Shown here: positions 17,694 to 25,192 of the stretch, piece after piece
Position numbering within the stretch: the stretch's first letter is position 1
Layout of the letters: every line of letters starts with the position of its first letter
Source of the DNA: Aquificaceae bacterium
Lineage (GTDB): Bacteria; Aquificota; Aquificia; Aquificales; Aquificaceae
DNA length: 25,192 bases
Direction of reading: 5' to 3'
Assembly (NCBI GenBank): GCA_041640635.1
Contig: JBEPZX010000018.1
Coordinates: 1 to 25,192 of the forward strand
Notes under the pieces: model-generated
Told to the model about the DNA's origin: nothing
The model's input: only the letters and a program-made list of their open reading frames with translations
Database searches by the model: none
Made by a program: the position numbers and the translations under genes

Positions 17694-18137
17694 TTAGACG
17701 GATGTATCTATTAAAAATAGCGGTTGGCCATACTCTACAGTTTCTCCATTTTCTACCAAGATTTTCACTATCTTCCCTCTTGTATCGCTTTCTATCTCAT
17801 TCATAACCTTAAGTGCTTCGATGATACACAAAACTTGACCGGGGGAAACTATATCACCCACTTCTACAAAGGGTGGAGCACCAGGAGAAGGTGCTCTGTA
17901 AAATGTTCCTACCAATGGACTTTTAATAACATGTAGATTTTGTTCCTGTATATCTTCAGAAGGTGCAAGTATTTCTACATGTTTTATCTCTTTCTGAGAA
18001 ATCTCTTGAATGCTTTGTACAGTTTCCTTTGCATGTGTTTCTACACTTATCTTTATATCGCTTGTTTCTATTACTAAACTTTTTATGTTACTGCCCTTTA
18101 CTAAGTTTAATATCTCCTTTATAAATTCTTTGTCCAT
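17694..18137 (-). CDS. accB: Acetyl-CoA carboxylase biotin carboxyl carrier protein
   Basis: IKSPLVGTFYRAPSPGAPPFV, IIEALKVMNEI, VEYGQPLF. Confidence 0.96.
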   Translation of the reverse strand: MDKEFIKEILNLVKGSNIKSLVIETSDIKISVETHAKETVQSIQEISQKEIKHVEILAPSEDIQEQNLHVIKSPLVGTFYRAPSPGAPPFVEVGDIVSPGQVLCIIEALKVMNEIESDTRGKIVKILVENGETVEYGQPLFLIDTSV

Positions 18138-18706
18138 TACTTTACTCTCTCAACGTAAGACCCCGTTCTAGTATCCACTTTTACCGTATCTCCTTCAGCT
18201 ACAAAGAAAGGCACTTGAATGACCGCACCCGTTTCCAACTTTGCCGGTTTGGAGCCACCTGCCGCCGTATCTCCTTTAAAAGCGGGTTCTGTTTCTACCA
18301 CCTTTAGTTCAACGGTTTTTGGAAGCTCAATACCTATTGGCTGACCTTTGTACAAAAATACTACAACCGTCATACCTTCCTTCAAAAACTTTATCTCCTC
18401 CTTTATGTTTTCGACAGATACGGGAATCATTTCGTAACTTACCTGACTTACAAAGTAGTAGTAATCGCCATCGTTGTAGGAATATTCAGCAAAAACTTGT
18501 TCAAAGTCGGCAAGTTCTATGGAGTCTGAGGATTTGTAAGTGATTTCAATTACGTTTGCCGTTGCCATGTTTTTTGCCTTCACACGTACAAAGGCTTGAC
18601 CTTTTCCCGGTTTTACGTGCTCGTAGTCCAGAACCCTGTGGGGCTGTCCGTTGTGCTCGATAAACATATCCCTCTGTATGCTGTTGATATCAATTTTTAC
18701 ACCCAT
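18137..18706 (-). CDS. efp: Elongation factor P
   Basis: HVKPGKGQAF, KGDTAAGGSKPAKLETG, VQ-type motif IQVPFFV, VDTRTGSYVER. Confidence 0.98.
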   Translation of the reverse strand: MGVKIDINSIQRDMFIEHNGQPHRVLDYEHVKPGKGQAFVRVKAKNMATANVIEITYKSSDSIELADFEQVFAEYSYNDGDYYYFVSQVSYEMIPVSVENIKEEIKFLKEGMTVVVFLYKGQPIGIELPKTVELKVVETEPAFKGDTAAGGSKPAKLETGAVIQVPFFVAEGDTVKVDTRTGSYVERVK

Positions 18707-18713
18707 GAAGGAT

Positions 18714-18722
18714 ATTTTAACA
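18714..18722 (-). promoter_or_regulatory. Extended -10 (TGnTAAAAT) for efp, overlapping the upstream stop codon
   Basis: TGtTAAAAT 7 nt before ATG 18706, with no SD. Confidence 0.55.
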
Positions 18723-19019
18723 TCTTTTTTTGATAACTTCTTCTAGAAGCTTCAGAAATTCCAAGTAAATTTTTTCATATTCGTACGCCAAGAGCTTAAC
18801 ATTTTCTTCTTCTAGCTCCAAGGCTTGTGCCACTTTGGGCTTTACTACGGATTTGTAATCCGAAAGGTAGGTTTTATAATCATGACTGAGCTCTTCACAC
18901 GTCAAATCGTCCAAAGATGCCAAGTAAGATTGAAAGGTTACCTTTGCCGAAGTTATCAGGTTCCTTAATTGCATTTCTATGTCACCTTTGTCCATACCAG
19001 CTTTTGTAAAGTCTGCCAT
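18717..19019 (-). CDS. Hypothetical helical protein
   Basis: 100-aa ORF with SD AGGAGG that fills the gap between the M16 pair and efp. No motif recognised. Confidence 0.75.
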   Translation of the reverse strand: MADFTKAGMDKGDIEMQLRNLITSAKVTFQSYLASLDDLTCEELSHDYKTYLSDYKSVVKPKVAQALELEEENVKLLAYEYEKIYLEFLKLLEEVIKKRC

Positions 19020-19028
19020 AATTTCCTC

Positions 19029-20279
19029 CTAAGGTCTCACCACCACGCAGTGGTGTTTGTTTATGTAATTTCTAACCTTTAAAACGTCTTCTAAGCTTAT
19101 CTTTTGAATAATCTCTGGATATTCTTGATCCGTCTTCCAACCAAAACCCATAATCTGGAAAAATCCCAAATACCACGCCTGTCTGGATCTCGTTTGGTGG
19201 TCTAGCAAAAAGCCACCAATTATCTTGTTCTTTGCCATCTCTACATCTTCTTGCGTTATAGGAGCGCTCTTAATAACATCCAACATATCCTTGAGTGCGC
19301 TTTCTTCTTTTTCTGGTGATGTACCTATGTATGCAAAAAGGCGAGTAGAAGAAAGTCTGGAGGGATAAAAGGCGTAAGTAGCATAAGCGTATCCTCTTTT
19401 TTCTCTAAGTTCCTTAAAGAGTTTTGAGCTCATACCTTCACCCAGCACGCTCGCAAGCACTCTAAAGCTAAAGTAATCTTTGGAAGAAATGTGCGGAGCA
19501 TCAAAGACGCACACTATGGTGGCTTGAGCTCCTTCCCTATGGACTTTTTCTAACTTTTCTTCTTCAACACTCACCCTTCGTAAATCTATAACATACTCAC
19601 CACTTGGAATATCCAAAAAGGTTTGTTCCACTTGAAGTTTTACTTTTTCAGGATCAAAATCTCCCACTATACTAACAACTAGGTTTTTCCCTTTTAGGAT
19701 ATCCTTCCACCTTTTTTGGATATCCTCTTTGCTTATGGACTGAACATCTTCCTCCTTTCCCAAAGGTGAGTATTCATAGGACGTTCCTCTGTATGTTATC
19801 CTTCTTACTTGATCCATCGCGAATTCCTGCGCCCTTTCTCTCCTCGCTCTTATTTGTGCTATAGCGTTGTTTTTTTCTCGCTGTATATCTTCTGGACTAA
19901 AGCTTGGATTTAAAAGTATGTCCTTTAGGACCTCTAAGGCTTTTTCTAAGCCTTCTATTTTCGTAGAAAAGCCTATCTCTATGTAATCATCGCTTGTGGA
20001 AGAATAGATGCTGCCTCCGTAATCTTCAAAGGTGCTAGCTATTTGGTAAGAAGAAAAGTTTTTCGTACCTTTTGTCAGTAGTATAGCTGTTAGGTTGGTA
20101 AGTCCTTTCTTTTCTTCTCCGTGAGTTCCTGATTTAATAAAAACGTAACCGCTTACTATACCTTTACCATGCGTTGGTTTTAACAAAAGAGTTACACCGT
20201 TTGGAAGTTTTAGTTCTTTCACCGCCTGACCTCCAAAACCAAAGCTAAACAACAAAATCAATGCAAATACAAGTATCAT
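19029..20279 (-). CDS. M16B peptidase, non-catalytic subunit
   Basis: LPNGVTL start and M16 fold. HxxEH is replaced by NLTAI, while SSKLFKELREKRGYAY is retained. N-terminal signal-like segment. Confidence 0.88.
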   Translation of the reverse strand: MILVFALILLFSFGFGGQAVKELKLPNGVTLLLKPTHGKGIVSGYVFIKSGTHGEEKKGLTNLTAILLTKGTKNFSSYQIASTFEDYGGSIYSSTSDDYIEIGFSTKIEGLEKALEVLKDILLNPSFSPEDIQREKNNAIAQIRARRERAQEFAMDQVRRITYRGTSYEYSPLGKEEDVQSISKEDIQKRWKDILKGKNLVVSIVGDFDPEKVKLQVEQTFLDIPSGEYVIDLRRVSVEEEKLEKVHREGAQATIVCVFDAPHISSKDYFSFRVLASVLGEGMSSKLFKELREKRGYAYATYAFYPSRLSSTRLFAYIGTSPEKEESALKDMLDVIKSAPITQEDVEMAKNKIIGGFLLDHQTRSRQAWYLGFFQIMGFGWKTDQEYPEIIQKISLEDVLKVRNYINKHHCVVVRP

Positions 20280-21574
20280 TTTTGAGGCACCATGAGAACT
20301 TCGTTGTAAGGTTTACCCAAAATATAATTATTTAGAACCCTTAAAACATCCTCTTTTCTAACCGATTTTACGTTGTTCTCAAAGAACTTGTAGTAATCCA
20401 ACAAACCCACCACACTTACAGAGTAACCTATATGGTAAGCCTGAGAATCTACCGCTTCCGTTGTGAAAATGGTGGAGTTTATAATCCTTTCCTTTGCTTT
20501 GCTTACCTCTTCGTCACTCAATGAGTTGGACAGGTCCTTTAAAAGTCCAAAAACTCTCTCTTTTACTTGTTCGTATTTGGAAGGCTCAAAGGTAGCGTTT
20601 ATTACCCATATGTTATCCCTTGGTCTGCCAAAATCTCCCGTAGATACAGAGTAAACGAGTCCTTTTTCCCTTAATTCTCTGTAAAATACAGATGTTCTAC
20701 CTGAGCCTATTATCTGGTCCAGCACCAAAAGGGCGTAATACTCCTTTGAGCCAATGGGAGGGCTCCACCAACCTATAATCCAGTGAGTTCTGTCTACCCT
20801 TGGGTCTTGTATTGTTTTGGTTCTACTTTCGAGCTGCTGAGGTTCTGGCAGCATATCTGGCTTCGCCACAGGGCGTGAATCTTCTTTACCAAAGGTGTTT
20901 GAAACTTCCTCTTTTAGTTCCTCAAAGTCCAAGTCTCCAACTACCACAATGTGCATATTCCTTGGTTGGTAGTAGGTTTTGAAAAACTCAGTCAGGGACT
21001 CTTTTGTGAACTTGATGACCGTCTCTTCGTAACCTATTATGGGGTATCTGTAGTTGGATACTTTGTAGCTTAGGTTCTCAAAAGACTCCCAGAGATTGTT
21101 TCTTGGATTGTCCTTACCCCTTTTTATCTCTTCTATCACTATAGGTTTTTCTTTCTCCACCATATCAGGCAAGAGCAGAGGCTTTTGGGTTATCTGATAC
21201 AGTATGTCCAAAGCTTGTTTCCAGTAGGGTTTTGCTATTTCTATGTGATAAAAGGTGTATTCCTTGGAAGTGCCTGCATTTATTTGTCCACCCAAACTTT
21301 CCACGATGGTATCTATCTGACCATACTGGTATTTTTCAGTGCCGTTAAAAAGCATGTGTTCCAAAAAGTGTGCCATACCTTTTTGAGTGTAGTTTTCGTA
21401 AATAGAACCTACTCCAAACCACACATGAATGGCTACCGCCTGAGTGTCATCCCTTGGTGCAAAAATCAAGTTTGCTCCGTTGGGAAGCTTGTAAGTTTTT
21501 ATATCCATCGATAATGCCACACCCACCGCAAAAACCTCCAAGAGTATTAAGTAAAGGAGCCTAAAAGGTCTCAT
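20276..21574 (-). CDS. M16B zinc peptidase, catalytic subunit
   Basis: GMAHFLEHMLFNGT, INAGTSKEYT, EKPIVIEE, YYQPRNM, ELREKGLVY. N-terminal signal-like segment. Confidence 0.92.
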   Translation of the reverse strand: MRPFRLLYLILLEVFAVGVALSMDIKTYKLPNGANLIFAPRDDTQAVAIHVWFGVGSIYENYTQKGMAHFLEHMLFNGTEKYQYGQIDTIVESLGGQINAGTSKEYTFYHIEIAKPYWKQALDILYQITQKPLLLPDMVEKEKPIVIEEIKRGKDNPRNNLWESFENLSYKVSNYRYPIIGYEETVIKFTKESLTEFFKTYYQPRNMHIVVVGDLDFEELKEEVSNTFGKEDSRPVAKPDMLPEPQQLESRTKTIQDPRVDRTHWIIGWWSPPIGSKEYYALLVLDQIIGSGRTSVFYRELREKGLVYSVSTGDFGRPRDNIWVINATFEPSKYEQVKERVFGLLKDLSNSLSDEEVSKAKERIINSTIFTTEAVDSQAYHIGYSVSVVGLLDYYKFFENNVKSVRKEDVLRVLNNYILGKPYNEVLMVPQK

Positions 21575-21585
21575 TCTTTCGATGT

Positions 21586-22506
21586 TTAAAATATAAACTG
21601 CTCCTTTGCCTTTACAAGCTTGGTTATCATCTCATTCACCGGAACTGACAGGTTTACTCCCTTTGCCAGGTTTACTATGGCACCGTTTAGACTGTCTATC
21701 TCTGTTTTGCCTTTCTTTATGTCTTCGAGCATGGATGGGTAGTGCTTGGCGGTAGGTGGGACAAGTCTTTCGTAAAAGAGCTCTTTGTAAGCCTGAGAAC
21801 TTTTGTGAAAAGTTGGCACTTTATTTGCCAAAAACACCTCGAAAGCTTCATCTATTATTTTGTCTATAATTTCCTTTGTATAAGGATTTTTCACAAGATC
21901 ACCGTATGAAACTTCAAAGAGTGCACCTAAGGGGTTCAAGGCGCAGTTGTATATTACTTTATCCATCAGATACTTGTAAACATCCTTGTCATGCCTTGTG
22001 GGAATGCCAGAAGAATTTATTTCCCAAGCTATCTTTTCCAAGGTTTGTTTGTCGATAGTTTGTGATGGGTCACCTATAACAACATCATCAGCGCTTACGG
22101 TAACCATTACGTTCCCTACTTCTAAAAGTTTAGCTCCAAATATGATTCGAGACAGTATAACTCTCTCTTTTCCAAATAAAGAAACAGCGGCTTCGTAGTT
22201 ACCATAGCCATTTTGTGCAATTAAGAGGTAAGTATTTTCATCCATTATACGCTTTAGTTGTTGCAATGCGTCCCATGTATCGTAGCTTTTAACTGACAGG
22301 ATTACTATATCAGGCTTTATAGGGCTATCACTTAGATTATCTATAGTTATAACCTTTTGGGTAAAACTTCCCCAAATTCCATCAATTTTTATAGTATCAA
22401 TTTTTTTGTTAGGTTTTGTAAATCCTACGCATGGATACCCAGCTTTTGACAGAAAAGCCAGAAAGACGCTACCTACAGCTCCTACACCAAATATAAGGTA
22501 TTTCAT
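21586..22506 (-). CDS. panE: 2-dehydropantoate 2-reductase
   Basis: GVGAVG, SVKSYD, QNG, K.IYNCALNPL, SMLEDI...KTEIDSLNGAIV. ATG 22506 is preferred because of an ATGA overlap with the upstream stop. Confidence 0.93.
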   Translation of the reverse strand: MKYLIFGVGAVGSVFLAFLSKAGYPCVGFTKPNKKIDTIKIDGIWGSFTQKVITIDNLSDSPIKPDIVILSVKSYDTWDALQQLKRIMDENTYLLIAQNGYGNYEAAVSLFGKERVILSRIIFGAKLLEVGNVMVTVSADDVVIGDPSQTIDKQTLEKIAWEINSSGIPTRHDKDVYKYLMDKVIYNCALNPLGALFEVSYGDLVKNPYTKEIIDKIIDEAFEVFLANKVPTFHKSSQAYKELFYERLVPPTAKHYPSMLEDIKKGKTEIDSLNGAIVNLAKGVNLSVPVNEMITKLVKAKEQFIF

Positions 22507-22694
22507 CTTTGAATATACCAAACTCTAACGCCTACAGATACGTGTGCGTTTCTCTCCCATAGGGTTTCTATGTTTATTACGTTTATGTTGTTTATCTTTA
22601 TCCATTGGTTAACCTGCTGGTTGAGCAGGTCTTCTAGCGTTTCTTCTCTGAAGGGTGCCATCTTTCTATGAAAGTCTTTATACTTTATTTCCAT
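22503..22694 (-). CDS. Small hypothetical protein (63 aa)
   Basis: Coupled by overlaps at both ends: TGATG with grpE and ATGA with panE. Beta-alpha-beta-beta-like pattern. Confidence 0.75.
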   Translation of the reverse strand: MEIKYKDFHRKMAPFREETLEDLLNQQVNQWIKINNINVINIETLWERNAHVSVGVRVWYIQR

Positions 22695-23239
22695 CAGGTA
22701 ACTTCTTCCTCAGGTATAGACACAACAACTTTTGCAGGTCTTAGGACTTTATCTCTTATATAGTATCCTTTTCTCACTATCTTTATGACAGTATTTGGTG
22801 GAACCTCTGGGTTTACCTCTCTGTCTACGGCTTCCGCTAAGTATGGGTCAAAAGGCTTGTCTTGTAGCTGTATCTCTACTATGCCGTGCTTTTCCAAAAT
22901 CTTCAGTAAGTCCTTGTATATAAGTTCAAAACCTTTCAAGATGGCTTCTGAGCCTGGCAGAGCTACGCTAAAAGCTCTTTCGAAGTTATCTACTACCTCT
23001 AACAGATCTAAAGACAAAGATTCGTGTCCGTATTTTTTTAGCTCTTCTAAGTCTCTTCTGTATCTTTCCTTTTGGTATTCTAGTTCTCTCTGAAGGTCTA
23101 CATAGCGCTGATTTACTGCCCTTGTTATGTTTTCTAGTTTTACTACCTTTTCTTCGAGTTCTTTGATTCTTTTTTCTTCTTCAGATAACTCTTGTTTAAT
23201 TTCTTGTAACTCTTGTTTGACCTGATCTTTTTCTTCCAT
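22694..23239 (-). CDS. grpE: Nucleotide exchange factor GrpE
   Basis: N-terminal coiled coil, LLEVVDNFERA, FDPYLAEAV, KGYYIRDKVLRPAKVVVS. Confidence 0.95.
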   Translation of the reverse strand: MEEKDQVKQELQEIKQELSEEEKRIKELEEKVVKLENITRAVNQRYVDLQRELEYQKERYRRDLEELKKYGHESLSLDLLEVVDNFERAFSVALPGSEAILKGFELIYKDLLKILEKHGIVEIQLQDKPFDPYLAEAVDREVNPEVPPNTVIKIVRKGYYIRDKVLRPAKVVVSIPEEEVT

Positions 23240-23247
23240 AGTTAATT

Positions 23248-23253
23248 ATTATA
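23248..23253 (-). promoter_or_regulatory. -10 box for grpE
   Basis: TATAAT 8 nt before ATG 23239, with no SD. Confidence 0.55.
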
Positions 23254-23300
23254 AATTAGCAACTTTCGAAAATTATTCTTTAGGATAGGCTCAAAAAGTT

Positions 23301-23306
23301 TATAAT
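23301..23306 (+). promoter_or_regulatory. -10 box for the aconitase gene
   Basis: TATAAT followed by a leader carrying SD CAGGAGG before ATG 23340. Confidence 0.5.
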
Positions 23307-23339
23307 TTAAATCATCACTTTTTACACAGGAGGTTTTGT

Positions 23340-25192
23340 ATGGCAAAAGGGACAGTTGCTTACAAGATACTTCAAAACCACTTAGTCAGTGGAAAGTTGA
23401 CACCTGGTGAAGAGATAGCCATAAAAATCGATCAAACACTAACCCAAGATGCTACAGGAACAATGGCATACATTCAGTTTGAAGCCATGGGTGTGGACAG
23501 AGTAAAAACGGAGCTATCTGTTAGTTACATAGATCACAACATGCTACAAACAGACTTTAGAAATCCAGATGACCATAAATATTTAATGAGCGTTGCAAAG
23601 CGCTACGGCATATGGCTTTCAAAACCGGGAAATGGCATATGCCACCAAGTTCACGTAGAAAGATTTGCCAAACCTGGGAAGACTCTCCTAGGATCTGACT
23701 CTCACACACCTACCTCAGGTGGTGTAGGTATGATCGCCATAGGTGCTGGTGGCTTGGATGTGGCAGCTGCCATGGCTGGAGAGCCCTTTTATCTAAAGAT
23801 GCCAAAGATTGTAGGTGTAAAGCTTACCGGTAAACTTCCACCATGGGTAACCGCAAAGGATATAATTCTTGAACTTTTGAGAAGACTCACCGTAAAGGGC
23901 GGTGTAGGTAAAATCTTTGAGTACCTTGGAGAAGGTGTGAAGGAACTTTCCGTTCCGGAAAGAGCGACCATTACCAACATGGGAGCTGAACTGGGAGCCA
24001 CTACATCTGTGTTTCCATCGGACGAGATAACCAAAGAGTTCCTAAAAGCTCAAGGAAGGGAGCAGGACTGGATAGAGCTCTTACCTGACCCTGATGCCGA
24101 GTACGATGAAATCATAGAAATAAACCTCTCTGAACTTGAGCCCCTTATAGCGTGTCCACACTCACCCGATAACGTGGTGCCGGTAAGAGAGGTAGAAGGC
24201 ACAAAGGTAGATCAGGTGGTAATAGGTTCTTGCACCAACTCCTCTTTTGTGGACCTTACCAGAGCAGGCAAAATGCTGGAAGGTAAGCGTGTTCATCCAG
24301 ATGTTATCTTTGCCGTCGCTCCAGGTTCCAAACAAGCGCTGGAGCTTATCACAGAAAACGGCATAATTTTAAACTTCCTAAAGGCAGGTGCTAGAATTTT
24401 GGAAAGCGCTTGTGGTCCCTGTATAGGCATGGGATACGCACCACCTAGCGCAGGTGTGTCGGTGAGAAGCTTCAACAGAAACTTCGAAGGTCGTTCAGGC
24501 ACACCCGATGCAAAGGTTTATCTAGCTTCTCCAGAGGTGTGTGTAGCTGCGGCTATAGCTGGGGAAATTGTCGATCCGAGAAAGTTGGCGCAAAAAGAAA
24601 ACATAGAGTGGATAAAGGTAGAGATGCCTAAGAAGTTCCCTTACGGGGATGAAGCTTTTATAGAACCTTTACCGGAGGAAGAAGCAAAGTCGGTAGAGAT
24701 ATACAGAGGACCCAACATAAAACCACTACCCAGCTTTGATGAGCTACCTGAAAGCCTTGGTGGCGAAGTCACACTTATAGTAGGGGACAACATAACCACG
24801 GACCATATTATGCCAGCGGGTGCAAAGGTTTTACCTTTGAGATCCAACATATACGCCATAAGTGAGTACGTTTACCACTACGTGGATCCTGACTTTGTCT
24901 CCAGAGCCAAAGCCGTAAGAGACCAAAAAGGGAAAGCGAGCGTCATAGTAGGTGGAGAAAACTACGGACAAGGGTCATCCAGAGAGCACGCCGCTTTGGC
25001 ACCTAGGTTCTTGGGTGTAAGAGCGGTAATAGCCAAGTCCTTTGCACGTATACACCATGCCAACCTGGTAAACTTTGGCATCCTTCCCCTCGAGCTTGTG
25101 GATAAAGAAGACTACAGTAAATTTACTTTAGGTGACGAGCTTTACATACCTGACCTTTACCAGAGACTCAAAGAGGGCAAAGAAATACTCGT
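23340..25192 (+). CDS. acnA: Aconitate hydratase (TCA/rTCA), 3'-partial; absent from the ORF track
   Basis: Manual translation gives MAKGTVAYKILQNH...DQTLTQDATGTMA...DHN...GICHQ...GSDSHT. IGSCTNS (24222), ACGPCIGMG (24408) and NYGQGSSREHAA (24960) are all in frame. The ORF runs off the window. Confidence 0.95.
   Translation, partial: MAKGTVAYKILQNHLVSGKLTPGEEIAIKIDQTLTQDATGTMAYIQFEAMGVDRVKTELSVSYIDHNMLQTDFRNPDDHKYLMSVAKRYGIWLSKPGNGICHQVHVERFAKPGKTLLGSDSHTPTSGGVGMIAIGAGGLDVAAAMAGEPFYLKMPKIVGVKLTGKLPPWVTAKDIILELLRRLTVKGGVGKIFEYLGEGVKELSVPERATITNMGAELGATTSVFPSDEITKEFLKAQGREQDWIELLPDPDAEYDEIIEINLSELEPLIACPHSPDNVVPVREVEGTKVDQVVIGSCTNSSFVDLTRAGKMLEGKRVHPDVIFAVAPGSKQALELITENGIILNFLKAGARILESACGPCIGMGYAPPSAGVSVRSFNRNFEGRSGTPDAKVYLASPEVCVAAAIAGEIVDPRKLAQKENIEWIKVEMPKKFPYGDEAFIEPLPEEEAKSVEIYRGPNIKPLPSFDELPESLGGEVTLIVGDNITTDHIMPAGAKVLPLRSNIYAISEYVYHYVDPDFVSRAKAVRDQKGKASVIVGGENYGQGSSREHAALAPRFLGVRAVIAKSFARIHHANLVNFGILPLELVDKEDYSKFTLGDELYIPDLYQRLKEGKEIL

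Noticed and set aside
17682..17708. Possible sigma-28 promoter before sapC (AGCAATAT)
   Set aside because: Poor -10 match and no TAAA 15 nt upstream.
22507..22521. TTG start for panE
   Set aside because: ATG 22506 starts directly at the Rossmann strand and forms an ATGA overlap.
23256..23282. CIRCE-like half site TTAGCAAC upstream of grpE
   Set aside because: There is no matching GAGTGCTAA half 9 nt away, so an HrcA operator is unsupported.
1..25192. CRISPR arrays, tRNA/rRNA, IS elements, prophage or defence genes
   Set aside because: Intergenic gaps are at most about 100 bp, and no spaced repeats, cloverleaf patterns, transposase or integrase motifs were seen.

Overview
Gene-dense chromosomal window from a flagellated, AT-rich bacterium, most likely Aquificaceae (Hydrogenobacter/Thermocrinis/Aquifex-like). 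This is inferred from protein styles such as the EALKVM BCCP, the efp-accB pair, an orphan grpE and the aconitase type. Order: partial GT4 glycosyltransferase, gatB, a c-type-heme (CxxCH) chemoreceptor, a GltD/SudA-like flavoprotein-lipoprotein-GT9 operon, a TRASH/YHS-like membrane protein, purE-gnd-zwf-pgl, and a late flagellar locus (sigma-28 promoter, flagellin, hairpin, flaG, fliD, fliS, fliT-like). Directly upstream of flagellin lie a SapC-family gene and a 717-aa GT9/zinc-ribbon/SAM-methyltransferase fusion. Then come accB, efp, a hypothetical gene, an M16 peptidase pair, panE, a 63-aa protein, grpE and a partial aconitase that is missing from the ORF track. The best candidate for an undescribed system is SapC + GT9-methyltransferase + flagellin, a putative flagellin glycosylation/methylation module. 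Also notable are repeated -10 boxes 7-10 nt before SD-less start codons (leaderless-type expression). No mobile elements, CRISPR arrays, rRNAs or tRNAs were seen. All family calls are from motif recognition, not database searches.
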